From an uncultured Candidatus Saccharibacteria bacterium (GTDB taxonomy: Bacteria > Patescibacteriota > Minisyncoccia > Phycocordibacterales > CAIZLB01): 64,000 nucleotides of DNA. The stretch is taken from contig CAYVEK010000002.1 of assembly GCA_964450605.1 (NCBI GenBank), forward strand, positions 199,805 to 263,804, written 5' to 3'. The translations under genes were made by a program, and so were the position numbers. Of this stretch, positions 47,275 through 56,953 are shown one piece after another. Position 1 is the stretch's first letter. Every line of letters starts with the position of its first letter. The notes beneath the pieces were generated by a model. The model made no database searches and was not told the origin of the DNA. It worked only from the letters and a program-made list of their open reading frames with translations.

Positions 47275-48159
47275 CTATTTTATCAAGTATGAGATACTTA
47301 CATCACTTGTAACCTTCTGCTCACCTACTGGAAGCTGGGCAGATGGCCCACTTGCAGCTTTTTCCATAACCGCATCCATTCGGGCTGATAGATACGGATT
47401 ATATCCAGCGTTATCAGAGAATGCTTGTATTTGACCCAGACTCACACCTAGACTTTTAGCCAACACTTTTGCATCAGCCTTAGCTTTTTTTATTGCCTCC
47501 GCTCGCACCCGTGCTTTTACCGGCTCTATATCATACACAGTAAATGTGATCTGACCTGTCTTAAGTCCAGCAGCCCCAAGATCTGCTATAAGCTTATCTC
47601 GTTTTGAACCATCGGCATCCTTGTCTATATTAGGAACTTTGATCTCCAAAGTTTGAGAAACATTTGCACCTGTTACACTTGATGAAGTGTTAACACATGG
47701 CGGTACTACAGGAGCAATCTGAGGTGTCATGACAGCTGTATTTACCATCATCTTAGAACTCACGGCCGGAGTAGCACATACTTCTGTCTTTGTTCCATAT
47801 ACATCTGTAACATCTCGGGCTATTGTTTTAATATTTTTTTCCTCTACCCCATTTGCTTTCAAAACCTCCATGGCTTTTGCTATCTTTGTGTCTACTTTTT
47901 TAGAAGCAGAAACAACATCTTTCCCCTCTTCATTTACAGTTATAGTAAATGTAAGAGTGTCAGGTTTAATAAATTCTTCAGCTTTTCCTGATACAGATAT
48001 AGTCTGAGGATAGTTATCACTTAATCCAAATCTGTTAACCTGCTTATAGAGCAACACTGTCTTTGTAATAAGAGCAAGTGCTACAAAAACTAGTATAAGT
48101 GTGGCTACGTTTTTTCTAAATGGACTAGCCTCGATCCACTGTGTAAATGATGTATTCAT
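47275..48159 (-). CDS. SIMPL (DUF541) domain protein
   Basis: ISVSGKAE..KPD...AEAIKKAKADAKVLAKSLG...GEQKVTSDVSISY. Confidence 0.9.
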   Translation of the reverse strand: MNTSFTQWIEASPFRKNVATLILVFVALALITKTVLLYKQVNRFGLSDNYPQTISVSGKAEEFIKPDTLTFTITVNEEGKDVVSASKKVDTKIAKAMEVLKANGVEEKNIKTIARDVTDVYGTKTEVCATPAVSSKMMVNTAVMTPQIAPVVPPCVNTSSSVTGANVSQTLEIKVPNIDKDADGSKRDKLIADLGAAGLKTGQITFTVYDIEPVKARVRAEAIKKAKADAKVLAKSLGVSLGQIQAFSDNAGYNPYLSARMDAVMEKAASGPSAQLPVGEQKVTSDVSISYLIK

Positions 48160-48179
48160 GCCCACAGTATACACCAAAA

Positions 48180-48926
48180 CTACTTCAAGTTAAACGTTGC
48201 TCGGGCAGTTACCATCACTTCTTTGTTTACACTACTTGTATCGACAGTACCATAATCAGATACTTCAACTGACTGAGGTGTTAGTATCTGCACCACTCCT
48301 GTGGCAGCTGTTTTTATCTTACCAACCTTTCTTCCACTTGTTGATGCTATGGCTTCAGCTCTTACTTTTGCATCTTTTATGGCTTCAGCAAAAAGTTCAC
48401 CTCTTATATCTGCCAACTTTGTGTACATATACTCTACTGGTCGAACTTCAATGATCAAACCTGGGATAGTTACACTGGTAATACTTCGAGACAAAGCCTC
48501 AACTTTTTTAATATCAGAAGATCGAACATCTACATACTCTCTTATATCAAACTGTCGCTCTTCTGGTGGTCGACTAATGTTTTCATATATCTGATCCGCA
48601 GATGGCGGTGTTATAGATATATCACTTTCTGCAAATCCAGCTTTTAAGATAAAAGCTTTCACTTGATCTGTATTTGCATACATTTCTTTGTATCCAGAAG
48701 AAAGAGAGTTGAATGAAGAAACTCTTCGTAGGGTTATAGACAGCTTTGTAGTATCAGCAACAACAGCTCTTCGAGCAGAACCTGTAACACTTATAGTGTT
48801 ATCCAAATTCTTGGCTGTGAAAAAAGCAGATACTCCGAGTATTGTGATAATAATGGCCGCAACAGACGCAACGAAAGCACCTCTCACAGCTGAATCTTTA
48901 AACCATTCTTGTAGTGTAGTTTTCAT
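48180..48926 (-). CDS. SIMPL (DUF541) domain protein
   Basis: ISVTGSA...AEAIKDAKVRAEAIA...GVVQI...DTSS..KEV. Confidence 0.9.
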   Translation of the reverse strand: MKTTLQEWFKDSAVRGAFVASVAAIIITILGVSAFFTAKNLDNTISVTGSARRAVVADTTKLSITLRRVSSFNSLSSGYKEMYANTDQVKAFILKAGFAESDISITPPSADQIYENISRPPEERQFDIREYVDVRSSDIKKVEALSRSITSVTIPGLIIEVRPVEYMYTKLADIRGELFAEAIKDAKVRAEAIASTSGRKVGKIKTAATGVVQILTPQSVEVSDYGTVDTSSVNKEVMVTARATFNLK

Positions 48927-48946
48927 ATACACCTAGTATACACCTC

Positions 48947-49336
48947 TTATTTTGTTTGTGTAGCTTCCTCAATATCTTCGATATTTTCTCCGATTTCCTC
49001 AATATCTTCTTGAATATCTTCGATCTCTTCCCCGATATCTTCCACCTCGTGTTGAATCTCATCAATATCTTGTTGAATCTCGCCGATATCCTCCTCAACA
49101 TCTTCAAGAGACTGGGTTGTGCGATTTACAGACATTTGTATAAGAATAGATAAGTATATAGCCTCAAGAGAAACGATAGTTGTTAAAACGAGTAATGATT
49201 TATCTACTGGCGCACCAAGAAGTATGGCCACAAACACACCAACAAACAATACAGTATGAACCACAAGTGAAGATACTGATCCTATCCAGGAAGTCAGTTT
49301 CTCATCCCAAGTTTTTGTTTTGCGTGGTCGAATCAT
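48947..49336 (-). CDS. DUF1003-like membrane protein with an acidic heptad coiled coil
   Basis: WIGS, LTTIVSLEAIYLSILIQMSVNR, then (E/D)I heptads. Confidence 0.8.
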   Translation of the reverse strand: MIRPRKTKTWDEKLTSWIGSVSSLVVHTVLFVGVFVAILLGAPVDKSLLVLTTIVSLEAIYLSILIQMSVNRTTQSLEDVEEDIGEIQQDIDEIQHEVEDIGEEIEDIQEDIEEIGENIEDIEEATQTK

Positions 49337-49871
49337 GGCTTAATACTTTATATATATAGAACATAATACCAACAGAAAGCAAGCCTACGATTATCCCAAC
49401 AAATATATCGATAGGTTTATGTACTCGTAAAATCAATCTTGAGACACAAACACCGACCCAACATACTAAAGCAATTGTGGTTATTAAATACTTAAATGAC
49501 CTGTTCCATGTCTTATATATATAGTTTGTAGATAAAATAATTGCAAAGAGTAGTGCTGTCGAGACTGTTGCATGCCCACTCGGAAAACGGAAACCGTCTT
49601 CTATAACAAGCATGCCTTCTGGACGAGGCACGGCGAACACATGTTTGAGTATTTGAACTAATACAATTGCAATAACAGTCGATCCGATCATTAACACAGA
49701 TGATTGTATACCTCTCGAAACATGTTGTTTAAAAACATCTTTTGGTTTTATCTTTCGCAATAACATTAATGCGATCACTATAGCGATCAGGAATGCACAA
49801 AATAACGTTATAAGTTCTGGAGAAAATATCGCCGAGAAATATATAGATAATACAACGAGTGGTGAATGCAT
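49302..49871 (-). CDS. PAP2 family phosphatase
   Basis: K......RP, FPSGH, SRLILRVH...D. Confidence 0.92.
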   Translation of the reverse strand: MHSPLVVLSIYFSAIFSPELITLFCAFLIAIVIALMLLRKIKPKDVFKQHVSRGIQSSVLMIGSTVIAIVLVQILKHVFAVPRPEGMLVIEDGFRFPSGHATVSTALLFAIILSTNYIYKTWNRSFKYLITTIALVCWVGVCVSRLILRVHKPIDIFVGIIVGLLSVGIMFYIYKVLSHDSTTQNKNLG

Positions 49872-49877
49872 ATATTA

Positions 49878-50450
49878 TTAATCTATCATATTTCCTTTAG
49901 TAACCAAAAAATGCGAAAGCTCTTTTGCAATCTTTTTATCCATAAGAGGAATAAGATGTTGGTGATCGTTTTTCTTTTTACCTTTATCATTTTCAGATTC
50001 AAATGTATCAACTCTGGCAGTTGTTATATTTAAACGAACAACTCCAAATAATCGATAATGATACGGCTGTTCAAGATCTACATTTTGTATATGCCGATAT
50101 GGTATCAGTTTTTCCTTAACCATGAGAATACCTCGCCGAATATGAAACGAGTGATTGTCTAACATGAACTTATGCTGGGCGTGGTGCTCATACATAATGA
50201 CAGCAATAAATATTATCACAGCACCGATAATAAGAAGTAGCCACTGCGTGAGCATGGTAGTTGTTATGATTCCATCAAAATGCGAAGCAAGAAAGTTTTC
50301 AACAAACACCGCACTCTCCCCTACATGAATAAAATAAATAGCGGTTATAAGAGCGGCAACAACCAGTGTTGCTATTTTTCCATTTTTCAAAAACAAAAAC
50401 CAAAATGTCCTTTTTCCAAATGTATATTTTTTGTTTAACTCTAAAGCCAT
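49878..50450 (-). CDS. Membrane protein with a bacterial PH domain
   Basis: Two TMs; IRRGIL..KEKLIPYRHIQNVDLEQ...RLFG. Confidence 0.85.
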   Translation of the reverse strand: MALELNKKYTFGKRTFWFLFLKNGKIATLVVAALITAIYFIHVGESAVFVENFLASHFDGIITTTMLTQWLLLIIGAVIIFIAVIMYEHHAQHKFMLDNHSFHIRRGILMVKEKLIPYRHIQNVDLEQPYHYRLFGVVRLNITTARVDTFESENDKGKKKNDHQHLIPLMDKKIAKELSHFLVTKGNMID

Positions 50451-50543
50451 TTGCTTAGATTATAGCAAACAAAACTGAAATGAGTGAGGATTGCATTTGC
50501 AGGAGCCAAAGGCTCCGAAACCGCAATCCGAGGGAATTGAAGT

Positions 50544-50705
50544 ATGTGCGCAGAAGAGGATTTGCCAACTACGTTGGCAGGTACTTTTCGACTTCGTCTC
50601 CGTATACTCCGACGAAGTAACGAAAAGTCTTTCAAATCCTCACGCAAGCCGAACTATCGGCTTGCTTTCTAGCCATGCTAACACATGTGCGCAGAAGAGG
50701 ATTTG
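50544..50705. repeat. 21-bp direct repeat of the tRNA-Leu 3' end flanking a structured insert
   Basis: ATGTGCGCAGAAGAGGATTTG at 50544-50564 and 50685-50705. Confidence 0.9.
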
Positions 50706-50770
50706 AACCTCCACACCCTTACGGGCGCTACCACCTCAAGGTAGTGCGTCTACCGTTTCGCCACCTGCGC
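50688..50770 (-). tRNA. tRNA-Leu(GAG)
   Basis: GCGCAGG...CTACC-TTGAGGT-GGTAG, long variable arm, GGTTCAAATCC. Confidence 0.95.
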
Positions 50771-50795
50771 ATGCCCATAGAGTACTACAAGCAAA

Positions 50796-52193
50796 TTAAT
50801 CAATCAAGAAAAGTTTTGATGCTGTTGGATCGGTGTAACCAAAATTTATATTATCTTGCAACTGTTTGTCATACGGATAGAAGATATCATCCTTAGACAA
50901 ACCTGTACTTGTGGTAATAAGCTGTAGAATATTGTCTGTATCACACATCTCACAAGAACCTCCACTTGATACACCTTTGAGTGTGTTCAAGAGATTTGGA
51001 ATAGTATCTTTATTTTTTAGATGTAAGTTGTAGAACACCAGACCAGCATGCTTATATGTAGTTGATACATCTTGTTTACTGTTACTTATTATCACACCGG
51101 TATCAAAATAATTTCTAAATTCCTGTACAGCCTCTTCAGGTGTCATCTTTTGGTAACCAAAAGAATCTTTCCATATCTTTTTTGCTGACATTCCTTTGTG
51201 TAGATAGTTATCACTTATATACTGCTCCAAAAAAGTAGCTAACCCTTCATCAAACCATCTAGCATAGTACGGTTCTTTTCTAAAAAGTTCGGCGTTACCC
51301 ATAGCCACGTGTGCAAGCTCATGAATCAAAACCTTTTTTCTAAAAAGATCTGTCATATTTTTATCAAACATACCTGTATCAAGAAGCACTATATTGTTTG
51401 AGAGCTGTAGCGCTTCGACCTCATATTGATTTGCTTTATATTTTACTGGAGTAACAACGATGGCGACTCTTTTAGGTAGAGGTGTGCCGAGTAGTTGTTT
51501 ATATTTTGGGGCATATGTCTGTACGTCTTTTATGAGTTTTGTTGCTACGACAGAATTTTTTGATGATGATGTTAGAGTAAAGTTATCTCCCACTTTCTTG
51601 GTTGTATATGCTCCGCTCTTTTTATGCACCATAACAAACATATCATATTCATAAAAGTCCGATATTCTTTCGGGTGCGGAAACTTTAGTACTCACCTTAC
51701 CAGCCGGGATACCTGAAGAATGCTGTGAGTTTGGATATGCAAGTAGTGTAAATGAATTTGGATACTCAACTGTTATGTTTGCATCTCGAGAATATCCTCC
51801 ACTCAAAAACAAGGGAAATCTAAAGAGACTTATATTATTACTTTGTAAACCATTGTCGAGTCTATATGTAACTTTAATAGCTGTGTCTGTTGGTTTTGTA
51901 TAGACAATCGCATCAGAGTTTCCGTCCTGATAATCATTAAACTCTCGAGTCTCCCCTTTAGAGTTTTTCGCCGAGATGAGATCAAATGTACTGTATATAC
52001 CAGTAGGATCAGTCTTTCTAGAAGGAAGTACCGAAAACGTGGATTCTTGAAAAGGTGTCGGATATGTAAGTGTAACATCTGCCGCACTTGGACTAATAAT
52101 CTTTATGTTAACTTCTATAGGAACATTGTTTGCTGATGCCTGAATCGATACAAAACATAGAGCCCATAGGGTTGTGTATATAAGTCTTTTCAT
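50796..52193 (-). CDS. Secreted gluzincin metallopeptidase (M1/MA-like)
   Basis: Signal peptide; HELAH...WFDEGLATF. Confidence 0.85.
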   Translation of the reverse strand: MKRLIYTTLWALCFVSIQASANNVPIEVNIKIISPSAADVTLTYPTPFQESTFSVLPSRKTDPTGIYSTFDLISAKNSKGETREFNDYQDGNSDAIVYTKPTDTAIKVTYRLDNGLQSNNISLFRFPLFLSGGYSRDANITVEYPNSFTLLAYPNSQHSSGIPAGKVSTKVSAPERISDFYEYDMFVMVHKKSGAYTTKKVGDNFTLTSSSKNSVVATKLIKDVQTYAPKYKQLLGTPLPKRVAIVVTPVKYKANQYEVEALQLSNNIVLLDTGMFDKNMTDLFRKKVLIHELAHVAMGNAELFRKEPYYARWFDEGLATFLEQYISDNYLHKGMSAKKIWKDSFGYQKMTPEEAVQEFRNYFDTGVIISNSKQDVSTTYKHAGLVFYNLHLKNKDTIPNLLNTLKGVSSGGSCEMCDTDNILQLITTSTGLSKDDIFYPYDKQLQDNINFGYTDPTASKLFLID

Positions 52194-52235
52194 GTCTTGA
52201 TATTTTATCATGCCCATGATATGTTTACTACGTAA

Positions 52236-52308
52236 GGGCGATTAGCTCAGTTGGTAGAGCAACTCATTTACACTGAGAAGGTCGGGGGTTCAAGTCCCTC
52301 ATCGCCCA
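52236..52308 (+). tRNA. tRNA-Val(TAC)
   Basis: GGGCGAT...CTCA-TTTACAC-TGAG...GGTTCAAGTCC...ATCGCCCA. Confidence 0.95.
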
Positions 52309-52415
52309 CAAAAAACAAAACACACTGTTGCAAACGCAAGGTGTGTTTTTGTTTTAATTGACACTTTAGAGGTTCGGAGTATGATGAGTTTAAATTCCAA
52401 CCACACACGAACTAT

Positions 52416-53147
52416 ATGAATAAAAATAAACTTGTTGAAGCATTCGGAACATCGAAAGTACTTCTCCCGGTTATACATGTATCCAGCAGAATACATGTAC
52501 CAGATCAGATCACCTTAGCCCTCCGCGGAGGGGCCCACGGAGTGTGGCTCATCTGCCACGGGCCTGGTGATAAAACCCGACAACTCATCGAAGCCTACAA
52601 GGTGGCTCGTGACAGTACGCTCGACTGGATTGGGCTCAACTTTTTGGGTGAAACAGACCCTGTCAGTATCATCCAAGAAGAACTCCCTCCGATAGACTAC
52701 CCAGGAGGACTGTGGATAGACCAAGGTGTTGAGGAGAGCTCCTCCAGTTTCAACACCGACAAGCTTCGTGGATTTTACAATCGTTATCGCGTCGCCTGCC
52801 CGAAAAGTCTCCTCTTCCGAGGTGTTGCCTTTAAAGGACAGCAGCCTTCTTACCCTTCAGGAATCCTTGCTGCTGTGGAGGTTGCAAAGTCTGGAATGGA
52901 CATACTCACCACAAGCGGACCAGGAACCGGACATGCTCCTGATATTGGGAAGATTCGAGAAATCCACACAGCTGCGAATGGAGCACCTGTCGCTGTTGCT
53001 AGTGGGCTAACCCCTGAAAACATCAAAAGGTTTATTCCTTATATCGACTGTGCGATGGTTAGTACCGGTGTTTGCAAACCTAACACCGACGAGTTCGATC
53101 CAAAAAAACTCACAGCCTTCGCAAAGGCTATGGGTCTCGAACCTTAA
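52416..53147 (+). CDS. BtpA/SgcQ-like TIM-barrel protein
   Basis: LLPVIH, GAHGVWLI, IGLNFL, GVAFK, TTSGPGTG, VASGLTPENI. Confidence 0.8.
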   Translation: MNKNKLVEAFGTSKVLLPVIHVSSRIHVPDQITLALRGGAHGVWLICHGPGDKTRQLIEAYKVARDSTLDWIGLNFLGETDPVSIIQEELPPIDYPGGLWIDQGVEESSSSFNTDKLRGFYNRYRVACPKSLLFRGVAFKGQQPSYPSGILAAVEVAKSGMDILTTSGPGTGHAPDIGKIREIHTAANGAPVAVASGLTPENIKRFIPYIDCAMVSTGVCKPNTDEFDPKKLTAFAKAMGLEP

Positions 53148-53221
53148 CTACCCCACCCCGCGCGCGGACCCCGTCCCGCACGGGGTTCGTTTTTTATATA
53201 CAAATACTGTATACTCACCTC

Positions 53222-54619
53222 ATGATAAATCTCCAAGAAAAAATAGAAAAAACACTTCTAGATGATCCGTATGATTTTACAAAAGATTTAGTTGATGGAG
53301 TTCCTCTTTTTTACAAAAACTTCCCCTCTGCTCCGTGTATACATATACGCATAGCTTTTCGTTTTGGTGCAAAACATGATCCTATAGGCAAAGAAGGTGT
53401 TGCACATCTTTTAGAGCATATGATATTTAAAGGCACAGACATCTACGAGACCGAAAAAGATATTGAATATTTTAGAAAAAATATAACTCTTGGAACATTG
53501 AATGCGTATACTGGAATGTTTGAAATGGTTGTTAAAGCAAAATGCCTTCCTTATAACTTTGAAAAATGTCTTAAAGGTATGATGAGTATAGTTGTTATGC
53601 CTAAATTAAGAGATGAAGATTTTGCTGTTGAAAAAAAGATTGTGATGGATGAAGCTTGGAGACATTTTAAAAATGAAAAACAGATAGCCTACACAAAAAA
53701 AATAAGAAATACTCATCTTTCAGATCTGCCCGACAGGCTTCGTATTGTTTCAGCACTTGGCTGGCCAGATACTATAAAAAAGATAGAAAATACAGATGTT
53801 AAAGCTACCCACAAAAAATATATAATTAAGGAAAATGTAGTCTTTTTTATCGCAGGAAACTTAGACACTGTTGGAGGATTGGATAATATCAAAAGTATTT
53901 TAAATACACATATATTAAAATTGTCGCACGGGAACCCTGCTGATTTTCCATACATTCCTGGAGAGCTTACCCTACCAACAACACCTATCTTTGATACCAC
54001 ATACACAGATGCTGGAATGACGGACAAAAAACAATCTTCAATAAATCTGTCCTACAACTTTCCTCGAGAGAAAAAAGAAAACGGGGCATTAACTTCAATA
54101 AACGAGGAGCAAACTATTGCCAAGCTGTCCCTTGCAACAAGACTTATTGATGATGTTGTGTATGAAAAGCTTCGTATGGATAAAGGTTGGTGTTACAGTG
54201 CTGGGTCAAGTTACACTGTGGAACCTGAATTTCTCAGACTAAGCCTTGGTGCAGACCTCAATCCAGAACACACCGAAGAAGCTGTTGATATATGCAAAGA
54301 TATTATAGAGAACCTAAAACAAGGACACTACAAAGATAAGTTTGATCAGGTAAAAACCTTGGCAATAGAATCAAATCTATCATCAGAACGACTGACAGGT
54401 GATATCATATCTGGTGCAGTTGATGATTTCTTGAGCGAAAACCAAACAATAACTATGAAAAAAGCTTTATTGCTCGGAAATGCAGTTACATTCGAAAACG
54501 TTGTTGAATTTGTAAACACATACATCACCCCAGACCGTCTGTTCATAGAAATCCTCAGACCAGATCCAGAGAAAAAATCTGCATTCGCGAAGATAAAGTC
54601 TCTCTTATTCAGAAAATAA
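53222..54619 (+). CDS. M16 (insulinase) family peptidase
   Basis: GVAHLLEHMIFKGT, LNAYT, LRMDKGWCY. Confidence 0.92.
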   Translation: MINLQEKIEKTLLDDPYDFTKDLVDGVPLFYKNFPSAPCIHIRIAFRFGAKHDPIGKEGVAHLLEHMIFKGTDIYETEKDIEYFRKNITLGTLNAYTGMFEMVVKAKCLPYNFEKCLKGMMSIVVMPKLRDEDFAVEKKIVMDEAWRHFKNEKQIAYTKKIRNTHLSDLPDRLRIVSALGWPDTIKKIENTDVKATHKKYIIKENVVFFIAGNLDTVGGLDNIKSILNTHILKLSHGNPADFPYIPGELTLPTTPIFDTTYTDAGMTDKKQSSINLSYNFPREKKENGALTSINEEQTIAKLSLATRLIDDVVYEKLRMDKGWCYSAGSSYTVEPEFLRLSLGADLNPEHTEEAVDICKDIIENLKQGHYKDKFDQVKTLAIESNLSSERLTGDIISGAVDDFLSENQTITMKKALLLGNAVTFENVVEFVNTYITPDRLFIEILRPDPEKKSAFAKIKSLLFRK

Positions 54620-55369
54620 TTTATTTAAAAACTGTTCAGGGTTATCCAAAAAACCTTTAGTTATTTTGTAATGCTCCGTATCTTTATACTCGACTGTTTG
54701 AATATTTCCACCATCAAAACTCCATATCTCAGCACCAGGGTACGCGAGCAATATAGGCGAATGCGTAGCAATAATAAACTGTGTCTCTTTATTTTTGCAC
54801 AACTCTTTTAACAAAAGCAGTAGCGCCAGTTGTTTTTGTGGTGAAAGCGCTGCTTCCGGCTCATCAAATAGATAGAAACCTCCACTCCCTATTCTGTTTT
54901 TAAAAAGTGTCATAAAACTTTCTCCGTGTGATTTATTATGGAGCGAGGATCCTCCGTATGATGCATAAACAGACTCTTTAGAAACAAAAGGTATGTCAAC
55001 CATACTATCGATTTCATTTGCTAGATTAAAAAAACTTTCTGCTCTAAAAAAATAACCATCCCTTACCTTTTTGCGCCAAGAAAAAGTCATACATTCTGAA
55101 AGAGATGTAACATCGCCATCAACCATCTTTTTGTGAGTTGTTGAAAAAGATATGTTTTTACTTCCACCTTCTTTACCAAAACCAGCTTTGGTTGCAATAG
55201 CTTCAAGGACTGTAGACTTACCTGTTCCGTTTTCTCCAACCAGAAAAGTAACTTGGCTTTTAAATACAAGGTCCTGCAGATTTTTTACGATCTTGAGAGA
55301 AAAAGGGTATCCTTTTTTATTCGGAATTTGTATACGTATTTTGTCCAAAATAGGCCCAGAACTCAACAT
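54605..55369 (-). CDS. Predicted ATPase (ABC-like/AAA_21)
   Basis: GENGTGKST, SHGESF, FDEPEAALSP, IATHSPIL. Confidence 0.92.
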   Translation of the reverse strand: MLSSGPILDKIRIQIPNKKGYPFSLKIVKNLQDLVFKSQVTFLVGENGTGKSTVLEAIATKAGFGKEGGSKNISFSTTHKKMVDGDVTSLSECMTFSWRKKVRDGYFFRAESFFNLANEIDSMVDIPFVSKESVYASYGGSSLHNKSHGESFMTLFKNRIGSGGFYLFDEPEAALSPQKQLALLLLLKELCKNKETQFIIATHSPILLAYPGAEIWSFDGGNIQTVEYKDTEHYKITKGFLDNPEQFLNKLFSE

Positions 55370-55370
55370 G

Positions 55371-55442
55371 TGCTCTCGCTAGGAATCGAACCTAGATTAA
55401 CGGCTTAGAAGTCCGCAGTTCTATCCATTGAACTACGAGAGC
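55371..55442 (-). tRNA. tRNA-Arg(TCT)
   Basis: GCTCTCG...CTTCTAA...GGTTCGATTCC...CGAGAGCA. Confidence 0.93.
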
Positions 55443-55456
55443 GTACCTCATATATA

Positions 55457-55828
55457 TCACCGAACTGTTGATGAGGCAACTGACGAAGTAGCAGTTGAAG
55501 AGGCTGTTGTTTTTATCTCTACAACCGGAGCTTTCTTGGCAAGAGTATCTATTGCTGAGACATATATCTTCTCTTTTTCTCTATATCCAGCAATAACACT
55601 TTCCATATTTATAATCTTCTGAATAGATTGTTCTTCATTGGCTTTAGAAGCGTCTGCATTCAACGTTGCCGTCATCGAATCGATACGTTTGTTTAACGTA
55701 ACATACAGATATGAAAAGTAAGTACTAACTCCAACAAGCAATATCAAGAAAAACATGAGCATCAAATCCCAGTGAAGCTCTGGAGAAAAACCTAACAATT
55801 TCTTTTTTGAGAAGATTTTTTCTTTCAT
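55457..55828 (-). CDS. Single-TM protein ending the pilMNO operon
   Basis: TM plus coiled coil; operonic position. Confidence 0.7.
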   Translation of the reverse strand: MKEKIFSKKKLLGFSPELHWDLMLMFFLILLVGVSTYFSYLYVTLNKRIDSMTATLNADASKANEEQSIQKIINMESVIAGYREKEKIYVSAIDTLAKKAPVVEIKTTASSTATSSVASSTVR

Positions 55829-55833
55829 ATATT

Positions 55834-56421
55834 TTATTCAGACTTTTTATTATTTGCCAATGTTTCAATAACAATCAAGTAAATCCGTGCCTTAACCATG
55901 GGACCTTCAGAAGAAACTGTAGTTTGTACTTTTTCCAAAAAAGTTATATTTACTTTTTCGGTATAAGAAACGTATGGTAAAAAGTTTAATGATTTTATAT
56001 ACTCATTAACTCTTTGATATGTACCCTCTGCTTCAAGTTCAATAATAATCTCTCGCGCGTTTTGTGATGCGAGTTTTGCATCCTCACGCGGAGTTACTGA
56101 CATAAGTCCTCCCCGCTCTTTTGTAGAAAGACCTGCTTTTTGCATATCAGACTCAATACGAGATATGGCCCCAAATGACGTATTTGAACTTAACACATAT
56201 TTTTTAATCTCGTCTTGCTCTGCAGAACCTTTAACTAAAATCTTTTTATACAGCTCGAAAGACTCTTTGTTTTTTTCCAAAAACTGCACAAATTGTTTTT
56301 TCTCTGAAGTTTTTTGTACGTAAATATCAAATTCTTTTTTCGCAAACCATACACCGATAATAAATACAGCAACTGTACATACTACCCACCATATTGCAAT
56401 GATTTTTTTAGTTGTTTTCAT
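55834..56421 (-). CDS. PilO-like protein
   Basis: TM, coiled coil, EGTYQRVNEYIKSLNFLPY ferredoxin-like pattern; synteny. Confidence 0.7.
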   Translation of the reverse strand: MKTTKKIIAIWWVVCTVAVFIIGVWFAKKEFDIYVQKTSEKKQFVQFLEKNKESFELYKKILVKGSAEQDEIKKYVLSSNTSFGAISRIESDMQKAGLSTKERGGLMSVTPREDAKLASQNAREIIIELEAEGTYQRVNEYIKSLNFLPYVSYTEKVNITFLEKVQTTVSSEGPMVKARIYLIVIETLANNKKSE

Positions 56422-56941
56422 ATGATAGTTTTTGCGCAAAGGTAAATGAACCTTTATTACTTAATACTCCGTATGAAAGTGATGCTCCATCATACTTTTC
56501 ATCTTCAAATCTTTTTACAAGATTTTGTGCAACATTTTTATCTTTTACATATAGCTCTGTCTGTATTGTCTTTGATATTGTGTCGACTGTTATAGACTGT
56601 ACCTTAACTCCAGGAACAGACTCTACAACTTCTATAAATCTTGTATATATTTTTGATATATCTCCGCGCGCAGGCATGTTAAGTATATCCACGTCGGCAA
56701 GTATTTTATTTACACCCTCTTTAGCAACCGCGAGTTTTGAATCTGAAATCTCTCTTTGAAGAGGTTCTACGACTGCGTTAAGGGTTGAGAGCTCTGTATA
56801 CATACGTATAACAGTAGGAGCAGCCAGACAAACAGAAGACAGTATGATGATAAACATCGAAACAGAGAAAAGGTTTGCAACCTTAACCCAGTATTCTGTT
56901 TTTATTTTTTCTTTTTGTTGTTTTGAAAGTAAATAAAACAT
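56408..56941 (-). CDS. PilN-like protein
   Basis: MFYLLS (NLLP-like) N-terminus, TM, coiled coil; follows pilM. Confidence 0.65.
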   Translation of the reverse strand: MFYLLSKQQKEKIKTEYWVKVANLFSVSMFIIILSSVCLAAPTVIRMYTELSTLNAVVEPLQREISDSKLAVAKEGVNKILADVDILNMPARGDISKIYTRFIEVVESVPGVKVQSITVDTISKTIQTELYVKDKNVAQNLVKRFEDEKYDGASLSYGVLSNKGSFTFAQKLSYENN

Positions 56942-56953
56942 GCTTTTTTTATA

